Source: Blastocystis sp. subtype 4
Lineage: Eukaryota
Direction: 5' to 3'
DNA: 44,407 nt
Assembly (NCBI RefSeq): GCF_000743755.1
Contig: NW_014569491.1
Span: forward strand, 1 to 44,407
Positions 34,052 through 44,407 of the stretch are shown piece by piece. The notes under the pieces are model-generated. The model had not been told where the DNA came from, ran no database searches, and saw nothing but the letters and a program-made list of their open reading frames with translations. The position numbers and the translations under genes were made by a program. The number at the start of each line of letters is the position of its first letter. The first letter of the stretch is position 1.

Positions 34052-34709
34052 TTACAGGGAGTACAAGTGGAGGAGTCCTGCATGCGATCTCTTTGGACTG
34101 CAACCTCGAATAGTAACGATATTTCCGTTAAGATAATGCCGATTCTATCAATGACACTTTCCCTCCATTCTCTACCGGAACCAAACGAACTGCTCGCAAA
34201 CTAGTGTTCGAGTATAGTAGCGAAGAATCTTCGTTGCACTGACTACGAATCACATGTGGGCGGCAAATATACGCTATGTAGATTACCTGGGAAAATGTTT
34301 GGCTGTCCTGTGAATCTCCAGATACAGTTACCGAACTAGGACTAAGCTCCTGAGACTGATCATGAATAAGCACATCCGTTTCTTGTGTTGGAAGAAGAGA
34401 CGTTGTTTGTCTAAAACTGATACCAAGTGAGTTCCGCTACATTTCTGTACTGCAATGGGCGAGGTCAGAAGCCTGTGTTACCGAAACTGGCTGCTGCTTC
34501 CGATAAGTGTGCTTCTCTACAACATCCTCCGTCATATACTTGAATCCCATGTGTTGATGTAGCAGGATATCTCGAGAAGGTTGGTTTTCTTTATCTTCAT
34601 ATGAACGTGAAGAATGACTGATTTGAAGAGGAATAGGCCAAGCATCGTCCCGATCATTTATCTTTGGTTGAACAGTACAGCTGTTCACGCAAGAAAATGG
34701 AGCTGACAT
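34052..34709 (-). CDS. Hypothetical Ser/Gln-rich protein, multi-exon
   Basis: ORFs 34437-34709 and 34128-34373, plus a 31-nt intron leading to TAA at 34052-34054. Confidence 0.4.
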
Positions 34710-34843
34710 AAAATGAAAGGGGAGAAGAGGAAAAAAGGAATAGTATGGAAAAGGAGGGAAGGCTAAAAGCCGCCAATTCGGAGGCGCCTAAAACGTGAAT
34801 TCCAAACAAACAGAGTCAAAAATCTGGAAACAAATAGTACAGG

Positions 34844-35503
34844 TTAATGAGGAGGAACATACCCGGCCTTCACTTGCGGATTTACTAGTAATTGACCGCA
34901 AGGACACAGAAAATGAAGAGCACCTAAAGGAACGGACAGAGATGCATTGCAACGAGGACACTGAACAGTATTCTGGAAACCAGGAGGAAGGTAACGAGAC
35001 ACATTATTACCAGGGGGTAAGAAAGATGGTACATACTGCGGCTGAGGAATATATTGCGGTGTTACTCCGGCTTCATGCCGATATTGCGATGAAGGAAGAA
35101 AAGAAGGTTGTGGATGAACGTATTCAGGTTGAGGAGGTGGTTGAACACCCATTGGGATAGGAACCGAATAGGGTTGAACATTCATTGGGATCGAAGAGGA
35201 TTGAAGAGGGGGTTGAACACCCATTTGGATAGGGACGGAATAGGACTGAGGAGGTGGAACAACTTGACATAGCTGAGAGCCTGCTTCGGCTACTTTAATA
35301 GGAGCAATCTCCACGGATATAGGTTTCATAGACATAGAATTTGGCTTTACTGGTTGTTGAGCTGTTTGAACAGAATATGATACAAGATTCACTTCCATAG
35401 AACGCTGATTCTCAGTGACCGGACAAGGAGTCGAAGAGTAATCTTGCCCAGCTTTCTGAGGCACCGAGTACTCGGGAATAATATATACAGATTCAGAATT
35501 CAT
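34844..35503 (-). CDS. Pro/Gln-rich protein with a C-terminal LSD1-type zinc ribbon
   Basis: MNSESVYIIPEY..., repeated YSVPI(Q/P)MGVQPP, and VQCPRCNASLSVPLGALHFLCPCGQLL. Confidence 0.7.
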   Translation of the reverse strand: MNSESVYIIPEYSVPQKAGQDYSSTPCPVTENQRSMEVNLVSYSVQTAQQPVKPNSMSMKPISVEIAPIKVAEAGSQLCQVVPPPQSYSVPIQMGVQPPLQSSSIPMNVQPYSVPIPMGVQPPPQPEYVHPQPSFLPSSQYRHEAGVTPQYIPQPQYVPSFLPPGNNVSRYLPPGFQNTVQCPRCNASLSVPLGALHFLCPCGQLLVNPQVKAGYVPPH

Positions 35504-35590
35504 TAAAAAAGTAAAATAGAAGAATTGTGTACGGTTCACAAAACCGTAGAAAAGGATCCCTCCTTTTTCCTCAACAAACAACAAAAGGAA

Positions 35591-36564
35591 CTAACTAGAT
35601 AACCCCAATTCGGCAAGTTTGGCAATACGAATATCGGATAATTCTTGCATCTTCGCCTCATAGACTTCATCATCCTTGTAAAGAAGACCACATATGATCA
35701 TATCAGATTCCTCCACTCCCTCATCCTCCAAAATCTTTTTCTTGCTTCCTTTCTCAGCATCAACAACCAAATCAAAGACTTGCTCCTTCAAACTCTCACT
35801 TTCAGAAACATTCTTCTTCAGTGTCTCTTCATCAACATTCATTTCTCCACATAATAAAGCCTTGATACGATCCATGCAACGACAACTAAGCTCAATAATT
35901 GCTTGGTTCAAAATGAGAACACGATTTACAGTCAATGACTCTGGAATTTCGGGTTTCTCGAGTTCTGTATTCTCGATGCGACTCAATAAGAATCGACAGG
36001 GATAACAAGCATTCTTAAATCGAATACTCGCCTCCGATGAATACTTTTCAAAACTCTTACGGTAGACATCCAAAGAAACACTATGAAGTTCACATGTCTA
36101 TGAGTCACAAAATGTGTATAGAGTGACTTGCTTTTCAACAACAGCCATTGTACTCTTGAATCTCTCTGCTATGGAACTCCAAATCTCTTCTTCTGCCTTT
36201 CCATCACGCGCCATGTCCACAGCCATCCTGCCTAGATGTTGCTTCAAGTAATTTCTCCAGTTTAATCTTACAAAGACAATCAGCATCGTATCAGACACTT
36301 CATTAATTAACGAAATGGTTTCGTCTTCATCAAGGACTAGATATCAATTCTTAAAGAATAAAGCAACTCTGCTTTTCTTCTTCAGGCTTCTTCTCTTCTT
36401 CCATAGAAGTAGGTTTCTTGTCCTCTTCTTCCTAATGGAAATCAATTTCAATCATTTAAAAGTACTTCTGGTTCATCACGCGTACTATAGTAGACGAGAG
36501 CAGCGGCTCCAAGAGCAACACCAACAATAGCAACACTCTTTAATACTGAATACAAATCCCTCAT
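35591..36564 (-). CDS. Hypothetical signal-anchored protein (N-terminal TM, acidic linker, helical body)
   Basis: MRDLYSVLKSVAIVGVALGAAALVYYSTRDEPE|EEEDKKP..., with several introns of about 30 nt and TAG at 35591. Confidence 0.55.
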
Positions 36565-36609
36565 CTAGAGTGAGCTATTATTCTTATTGACTCCATCTGT
36601 TGGTTCATA

Positions 36610-37270
36610 ATGTTGCTGTTTCACAACTGTCAGTCTCTAATGAAGTTTAAGAGACTTGAAACCGCAAAAACCATCTATGGAATGATTGTCGCAGCTGGAT
36701 TCAAGAATTGGTAAAATTGCTTTGTGCAACTCACGAATAGGGATATAACGGTCTCTTATATTGATGATTCTTACATGACAAAGTTGAACTCCAAATATCG
36801 TCATAAACATTCTTCTACAGATATTCTTTCGTTCCCAGAATATAAAGTAGGGAAACGATAAAAGGGCTCCTCGTCTAGGGAATCATTGATCCTACTAGTT
36901 GTCCCGTAGAAACTAGATGTATTTACAATATAGACAAAGTTTCTGGGTAACATCTTCATCTCTACTCCCTTTGTTCTTGATTATTGCAAACAGGAGAGTA
37001 TTATTTTTTCATCTTACTAACAATCAGATATTAATGTCGACAATCAGTTCCGGATTCTCTATGCTCATGGAATTGCTCATTTGATGGGGTAGTACTAGTA
37101 GTAGAGTGTTCCTGATTAGATATGACCACGAAACAGAAGAAGATTATCAGAAGATGTCAATAGTGGAGAAGAGAATTCTATCAAATTACAAACAGTTTAC
37201 AGAGGATTATGACCCATTAGCAGAGGGATTATTTGAGTCATGGAATTGGAATAGTGATTTAGACTTGTAG
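36610..37270 (+). CDS. YBEY: Endoribonuclease/ribosome biogenesis factor YbeY
   Basis: Spliced: MTKLNSKYRHKHSSTDILSFP, FLGNIFIS, LYAHGIAHLMGYDHETEEDYQKM (HGxxHLxGYDH motif). Absent from the ORF track because of its introns. Confidence 0.88.
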
Positions 37271-37460
37271 AGTGGATTATTTGTTTACACTCTCTTATCA
37301 TATTGTAAAGATATTGATTCAACAATATCCAAACGATCTACTCACAATAACGGTTTTTTAACGATCCTCGCGGTTGTATCATCCCTCTATACCAACATAG
37401 AATCCAAGCTATATTTGAACTTTACTGTGTCTATAATACTTCCTAAAAGATATTAGTGGG

Positions 37461-39633
37461 ATGGATCCGTTACATTCGATTCAACCAACGTATTCAAAGG
37501 AAATGGAAAATGAGAATGCTATGAGTTCTGTCCGACGTTGTGCCATGATTCGAATTGAGTCCTTGGAGTTTATTCGGCCATTTGAATCGACTCCAGAGAT
37601 CCTCATTACTATGAGTATGGAAAATAAGAGAAAGAAGAAGTTAGTAACCCAACGGTTTTATGCCAACAACGGAGAACCATGCAAAATCGAGGTAAATGGC
37701 GAGTTCAAGTTGTTCTATTCACATAATGTCAAAATTCACAGAGACCCTATCCTGCGCTTTGCTGTAGAGAATACGCGAGCCAAAACCTTCTCTCGACACC
37801 GATCCATCGCTGCCGCTCTTGTCAGCATGCAGCAGGTCGTTCAAAATGATTTTGATGGAACATTGACACTTTACGAATGGCATGTATCCGAGAAGAACCC
37901 GATAGGGCGTTTAAAAGTTCAAATTCGCTCTGTATATCTGGATGAACAGGAAGATGGAGACTCTTCCGATAATTCCGATGAAGTAGATGTGAGGATGTAG
38001 GATCTTCGTCATGTCTAGAGTTCAGATATTGAGAATCCCACTGGATTTGCACGGATTGGTCGACAACTCCGCAACATTTTTTCCAGTGGAAGTGGCAACA
38101 GTGCTCCTCATGTATCCCATTCCCATCCATCATTGCAGTCTGAAGCTCTCCAAGATCCCGATCGTCCCCAAATAGGCACACCAACCCTAAATCTTCGATC
38201 CAGTGTATCCGAATCAGTGAGTGAGGAGAGTGGCGTAGTGTCTCCAAGCAGACCTCGGGAACGACATCGACTCCTCCGTCCCCAGAGCAACAATGGGAGC
38301 GATGAGAGCAGAACTTCCTCCCGAGATGCTAGTTGCGATTTCCCCAGTTTCGCCATAGAACCAAAACGACCACCATTAGGAAATCCAGATATGGAAACAG
38401 AGTATCGAAAGTGGAGTGAACGAGATAGTTACAGACCCATTGTGATTTTAGTAGATCACTCTACACAAGAGGGAACAATAATGATGAAGGGACTAAAAGC
38501 AGATCAACTTGATGTGTGGATTCATGCTCTCAAAGGTAATGAATGTCCACAACTTCTTCCAATTCTCTATTCTGTATATTCGGATCAGTAGTATCTGATT
38601 TGCTTCTTAACTTTAGTCTAACAGAACACGATCTCGAACCTCTCCGTATTTACTATTTCGGGAATGACAAATTTTCCTGGTATTTGTTAGTATCGTATCT
38701 CTTACTCTCGTTGGATCATCCTAATGATGTTATTTCAATCGAATTTGTTCCTCTCTGTATCTCCATTCTCTCTTTCTCATTATAGGTCTTACTTGCACTG
38801 TCACAAGTCTTCTCACTTCTTATTCTACATCCTATCGACAGATACTGGTCGCATTAGCACGAGTTCTGGCTTCTCCTACTATCGATCTTGTCCAACTCAA
38901 TCAACTAATGATGTCACTCCTTACAGCACAAGTATCCAGTAAGCGACTAGGTGTCAATGAGATCAATGTACAGTATACAGGAGAGGATAGTGAGGAAGCT
39001 TCCTTATTACGATTGCTGAGTCCTGACAATGGAGGTGCTCAGAAGTTGAAGATTCCTTTCTTGGCCTCAGTTGCTACGGCACCTGTGACCTTCACTCCAC
39101 TCAGCTACAAGGCTTTCTTGAGTTCGGTTCCTCCAACAGATATCGCATCGTTGCCCGTCATACCATCACGACCTCTAGATGTACCAGAGTTGAAGGGACT
39201 ACTGGACTATTGGTTAGTAGATGCTGACAGCAAGCAAATCACAGTCAAGAGCAAGGATCTGTTGGTGGGTCTTGTGCTGCAACGTTCACCAGAAAGTGAA
39301 TTGAATACAGAGGCTACGTTCCGAATGGAAGTAGGTTCAGCCCTGAGTATGCTCTCCAATAAGAAGCGCAAAACTTTGACAGGACGGTATATGCTAACAG
39401 ATGTGGGTAGTGATGATCAAAATGCGAACGAATGGTTCAGCTGTGATGTATCGAAGTTGATGGTGACATTTGATCAGTACTGTGATATGTGGATAGATGG
39501 AGTGCCTTTCAATGATATTACGTTTATGAATGTTAGTTCACGGTACTATTCAAAGACTCGGAATTTCCCTCTGTGTGTTCCTTTTGCGCAATCTATTGAG
39601 TATTCTCTTATTTGTAACAAACCCTTAGACTAA
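37461..39633 (+). CDS. PACS: Phosphofurin acidic cluster sorting protein (PACS)-like
   Basis: N-terminal FKLFYSHNVK...LRF...AALVSMQQVVQ, an acidic cluster, a Ser-rich middle, then LKIPFLASV, LLDYW and IDGVPFNDITFMNVSSRYYSKTRNFP, which parallel PACS motifs. Confidence 0.7.
39609..39623. terminator. Back-to-back motifs TATTTGTA (+) and GGTTTGTT (-) between convergent PACS-like and ACSBG-like genes
   Basis: Sequence tatttgtaacaaacc, the same layout as 30610-30624. Confidence 0.45.
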
Positions 39634-39639
39634 ACAATA

Positions 39640-41743
39640 TTACTGATAAAGGGAGTCAATTTCTTTAGAATAGTGCTCATGCACCACATTTCTCTTCATC
39701 TTCAATGTGGCTGTCAACTCACCATGACCCAAAGATAAATCACGTTCCATCAAATACCATTTCCGGATTTCCTGAGCACGAGATACAGCTACCTTGTTGT
39801 ATCCCGCTACAGCTTCATCAATAATCGCCTTTACAACAGGGTCATTGCGAGCTTCTTGAAGTGTTTTTACATTGGTGCCTTTCATTTTCAACGCATCCAC
39901 TACTGTAGGTAGTAAGGTTTGTGTAGGCTCTCCAGTCAGAGGATCCACTTCTGTTTTTAGTGATATTAGACAAGAGAGGAATTTGCGCTTGTCTCCAACA
40001 ACCACACAGTTCGCAATCAAAGAACATAATTCCATGATCTTATTCTCGATTGGAACAGGTGATACATTTTCACCTCCAGCCGTTACGATCAGTTCCTTCA
40101 GACGACCTGTGATTCGCACAAATCCATCCTCATCAATCACAGCCTGATCTCCAGTGTGCAACCATCCATCCTCATCAATCGTTGCAGCTGTCTCTGCAGG
40201 CATCTTCATGTATCCCATCATGATAATACGACCCTTGAACTGGACCTCATTTGTATCAGGGTCAACACGAGCTAAAATACCTCTCATCGGTCTTCCTGTA
40301 GTCATCATTTTCCATTCTTGATTAGTATCAGTATTGAAGCAGAGAGGAGCCGTTCCTTCACTTTGACCGAGGACATCATGAATCGGAATCTCCAGAGAGG
40401 CAAAGAAATTGAGTGTATCTTCTGTTATAGGAGCAGCAGAAACAGCAAAGCATCGACATCTATCATTCACATCACACTTGGATTCAATACTGATCAAGTC
40501 CCAGTTTCTCTTTAATAGGATCAAATAGCAACCACTTTGCTAACGAATAGAAGTATGGATAATAAGGTTTGCTTCCATACTGACGAGATTGACAGGCTGT
40601 TGAGCCAATCGAACGACACCAGTCAATCAACCAACTCTTGATATACTAATGCTTATTCTCTCTAATTGACTCCTACACCACTGGAAGCAAATGTAGTCTT
40701 CAATGACTCAGCAAACTTCTCCCAGACTCGGGGAACACCTACAAAGAAAGTAGGACGGGCTTTTCGTAGTGTTCCCACTAATGTGCCTCGAAGAGCATCA
40801 GGACGAGCAATATACATTGTGATAGGACTGAACACAGGTAACATGGTGTCCACAAACTGAGCAGCGATATGATTCATAGGGAGATATGAAACAAAACGAT
40901 TCTCTGCCTGATCACAGTGTATGTACCAAGGAGTATTTTTCACGTTGTACACACATCCATCATGTGAACACATCACTGCCTTAGGATTTCCCTACAAATC
41001 ATTCATCTCTCTCTCACCTACTGTAGTTCCTGAAGTATAGATCAATGTGGCACAGTTCCCAGGCTTCACATCCTTCGTTCGTTTCTCCACCGAACTAGTA
41101 GGAATGTCAGATCCGAACTGCATCCACTCATCCCACTTCATAATCTGAGCAACACCTTCCTTCTTCTCCACCTCTGGCATTCCCTCATCGGGCCAATAAA
41201 CAACAATATACTTAAGATTAGGAAGACTGTCACGAATAGAGGCAATCTTTACAGCATTCTTTCCTCCTTGACAAATGCATATTTTGGCTTCGGAATGATG
41301 AAGGACGTAATAACAGGCATCGGGTGAATTGGTAGTGTAGATACCAGCAGGAACACCTCCAGCAAGCCATGAACCCTGTAGCATAAAAAAGTACTCAGCA
41401 GAGTTAAATCCAATGGCACCAACCACTTCCTGCGGTTTCAGACCCGCCTTGATACAAGACTTGGCAAATCTACCCATTCATTTAATAGATCGGACATACT
41501 TCACAGATTCCTCATAGTACTGGGAGTAAGTATACTTGTGATCATCCTTGTCCACAATGGCAAGAACATCGCCATGCTCTTTACAGATCTTTGTAAACTC
41601 CTGAAACCATTATACATCAATCCAAAATCGCCTACTGCAGGTAATGTGGATGGTTCTGGATCAAACTCACAGTTGGGATTGCGAACAATCTCCATAACGT
41701 CATGGATATCAGATGTTCGGTAACGATTGCGAATGCTCTGCAT
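39640..41743 (-). CDS. ACSBG: Long-chain fatty acyl-CoA synthetase, bubblegum (ACSBG)-like
   Basis: AGIYTTNSPDAC, LIYTSGTT|GNPKAVMCSHD, SYLPMNHIAAQ, GVPRVWEK, GWLHTGD, ITGRLKELIVTAGGENVSP, GELTATLKMKR. Confidence 0.93.
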
Positions 41744-42094
41744 GTTATAAACTCCAAAGAACAAAAATAAATGGCAGAAAAGGTGTGACAAGGATGACCA
41801 AAGTGACTACGTCATAATGACATCGAAAAATCCAATGATATTCAAGATTCCCCGCAATTCTGATTATTTTGTTTATTCTCCTGAGTTATTAATAATTGAG
41901 GCATTTTAACTTGCGAGATAATGTATTGACACTTGATAGATGCATCGCTAAACATATTGTTAAAACCATCTACACTTCTGATCCTTGGATTACAAGAAGC
42001 GTCTCTAGTTATGCAACCATGTGCCATTGCCAATAATTTGAATGGTTTCAGTAAGGATATGTTTTTAACTCGTCCATTCATTCTTTTTTTAAAC

Positions 42095-42857
42095 ATGGAT
42101 ATCGTTTGTCCTTATTGTAAAGCTCAACTACGTTTAAATCCGGGGACCAAGGCTTTCAATGTAACCATTATGACTTGATTTGACATGTAGTGTCCAATGT
42201 GCAATAAGTATATTAGCGGTGAGTTTCAGTTCCATTTTTACACTGTAGTGGATGTACAGCCTTCTCCTGCCCAAGTACCACAACCTACTGGAGCTCCGAT
42301 GGATCCCTACACAGCATTCCAGTTTGTTGCTTCGGGCCAGTGTTTTTTTGTGGATTTGCATAAGAAGCTAGGCCAGAGATTAATTGCAGACAAATGCATG
42401 ATGCCTTCGAGAAAACAGGTATCTTCCTCTCCATGGATATATGCAGTCAATTGATTCTCAAGCATGACAAGGATCGCAGCGGTTCTATTAACTTCAACGA
42501 GTTTAATTCTATTCTGCAAGAGATTAATCAGTGGATCGTATTATAATTGAATGAACTTATTTGAAGAGTGTCTTCCAGTTCTTTGACTCTGATCGTTCTG
42601 GTCGAATGGAGTTTAACGAATTTAATCATGCTATGGTGAAATTGGGTTATCAGTTCAACCAACAGATCATCACTCTCATCTTCACCAATCTTGATCAGAA
42701 CCGTGCTGGTTTTCTTGACCTTGACGGCTTCATAAAGGCTTGTTCTGTCATTCAAATTGTTCTGTCTAAAATGCAACAGTATGATCCTCAGCGAAGAGGA
42801 GTGGTGACTCTCGATGTTAACCAGTTGTTAGATGTGGTGTTCTCTATCCCCATGTAA
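42095..42857 (+). CDS. Penta-EF-hand protein (ALG-2/peflin/sorcin-like) with an N-terminal zinc ribbon
   Basis: MDIVCPYCKAQLRLNPGTKAFN|CPMC, a Pro-rich linker, EF loops DKDRSGSINFNEF, DSDRSGRMEFNEF and DQNRAGFLDLDGF, and C-terminal YDPQRRGVVTLDVNQLL. Confidence 0.8.
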
Positions 42858-43138
42858 CGTTTTGTGTGTTTACAGACACCATAACTCATTATTGTTCAGT
42901 CGGATGTCCATTCTTTGAAACAATAAGTTTATCTCATGTACAGTGTTTTGAAGGACTTTGACACGAACACGACGATCATCCAGAATGTGGCCGATTTTTG
43001 GAATCTGTCGTTATTCATTGAAAGCACTCCTTTCTTCAGCGTGTGATTATTCACATACTAGTCAAATCGCCTTAAAGCAGTATTTCAAAGTAGAAAGGAA
43101 TTGGACTGTGTTTGAATGCATTTAGACTAGCCAGCGCA

Positions 43139-44266
43139 ATGGAGTTTTTATCATATATTCGGGAACATGGCTATCTGCCAATGCCAATGTTGAAACAGTT
43201 ATGTGATTGTGTAAGCACTTTGCGTTTTTGTGATTCGTCTAGGTAAAGGAGGTTCTCATAGAGGAAAATACTGTCCAGCCTGTAAGTAGTCCAGTGAATG
43301 TAGTTTACGTGTTTCTATTTGATATCCAAGATTTGTGGAGATATACATGGACAATACAGTGATTTACTCGAACTCTTCCGAACGGGAGGAGAGGTTCCTG
43401 ATAAGAATTACATCTTTATGGTGATGTTTGGTAATCCGTTATTAGTGTAGGGAGACTACGTAGACCGAGGATACGCAGGTTGTGAGGTGTTTCAGTACCT
43501 TCTAAGTCTAAAACTATGGTAGGACTTCGTTCGGAGGCTGATGATAGCTACCCCGATCGTATTACTCTCCTTCGAGGTAACCACGAAACAAGAGAGATTA
43601 CTCGGGTCTATGGCTTCTACTTTGAGATAATTAGCAAGTATCAGTGTTCGGAGCCATGGGAATGGTGCACTGACGTTTTTGACTATTTAGGAATAGCAGC
43701 AGTTGGAGTTTGATGGAATAATGAGGAGTAGATTGTGGATGGTAAGATTCTCTGTATCCACGGGGGATTGTCTCCTTATATTTCTACCATTGATCAAGTG
43801 ATGGAATAGAAGAGCAATAATTCATAGATCCGAACATTGAATCGTATGCAAGAAGTGCCTGCAAGTGGAAGTCTCTGCGATCTGTTATGGTCTGATCCTG
43901 AATATGTAGAAGGATTCCAGGAGTCATCTCGAGGAGCTGGCTATGTCTTCGGAGAAGAGCCTGTGAATCAGTTTACTGAAACGAATGGACTCGAATTGGT
44001 CTGTCGAGCCCATCAGATGGTCCAACAGGGATTTCAGTATATGTTCTCACACCATAATCTAGTAACAGTGTGGTCAGCTCCAAATTACTGTTACCGTTGT
44101 GAGAATGTAGCTTCGATTTTGTCGCTAGATGAGTGTTTGAATAGAACATTTTTAGTTTTTAAAGAAGTACAATGCTGTTCGTGTTGGTAATGAGTAGAAT
44201 AAGGATGCACAGGAACGGGAAAGCCAATCTTCATCAGGGTCGCCATATTCTTTCTTTAGCTTTTAG
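43139..44266 (+). CDS. PPP6C: PP2A-family Ser/Thr phosphatase catalytic subunit, PP6/Sit4-like
   Basis: [63 protein letters not shown]. Confidence 0.9.
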
Positions 44267-44355
44267 CAAGTTCACTGTTTGTTGTGATACATTGCAAAGG
44301 ATTCTTTTCAACAAACAATCCACTCATGACGACAGAACCCAGAATTCGTTCACAT

Positions 44356-44407
44356 CTAATTCTTCTTGGCCTTCTCAGCAGCAATAGCAGCAGCACGGAT
44401 GCTGAGC
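44356..44407 (-). CDS. 3' end of an unidentified gene entering from the right edge
   Basis: Reads LSIRAAAIAAEKAKKN-TAG, followed by TGTTTGTT at 44310-44317. Confidence 0.5.
   Translation of the reverse strand, partial: LSIRAAAIAAEKAKKN

Noticed and set aside
34771..34786. Short GC hairpin cgcc-aattcgga-ggcg as a possible ncRNA or tRNA fragment
   Set aside because: Only a 4-bp stem, with no cloverleaf or other supporting structure.
5504..42857. Functional cluster of trafficking genes (PITP, VPS60, VPS33, PACS, PEF)
   Set aside because: They are interspersed with unrelated genes on both strands; this is expected by chance in a compact genome.
933..44266. Alternative genetic code or mass pseudogenisation to explain the fragmented ORFs
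   Set aside because: The stops and frameshifts that I traced fall within GT..AG segments of about 30 nt whose removal restores conserved frames (the GT49 TAG is the one exception).

Overview
Eukaryotic nuclear DNA, about 40% GC by eye and extremely gene-dense, with roughly 30 protein genes in 44 kb. Introns are tiny (mostly 28-32 nt), intergenic gaps are tens of bases, and a TGTTTGTT motif recurs at gene 3' ends. This combination is characteristic of the anaerobic stramenopile Blastocystis (inferred, not database-confirmed). Recognisable genes: PPi-PFK (partial), a karyopherin-beta, tesmin/LIN54, PITP, PRP22/DHX8, casein kinase 1, MANF/ARMET, a SelW/Rdx-like protein, a MUL1/GIDE-like protein, a bHLH-Zip factor, a dual-specificity phosphatase, MAM33, VPS60, an intronless Na+/K+-ATPase alpha, RPL28, a GT49-like glycosyltransferase, an intronless bacterial-like YqhD alcohol dehydrogenase, ERV1, TTC1, VPS33, YBEY, a PACS homologue, an ACSBG-like acyl-CoA synthetase, a penta-EF-hand protein and PP6c. 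Main signals: (1) several genes appear to get their stop codon from polyadenylation, with a T or TG exactly 5 nt before the motif, and convergent pairs share a near-palindromic bidirectional signal; (2) ERV1 carries a presequence plus membrane anchor and extra Cys motifs; (3) the phosphatase appears fused to an EF1B-like domain; (4) a PACS homologue occurs outside animals; (5) the bHLH gene has tandem E-boxes just upstream of its own ATG. Exon boundaries were inferred by eye, and no rRNA, tRNA, CRISPR array or mobile element was seen.
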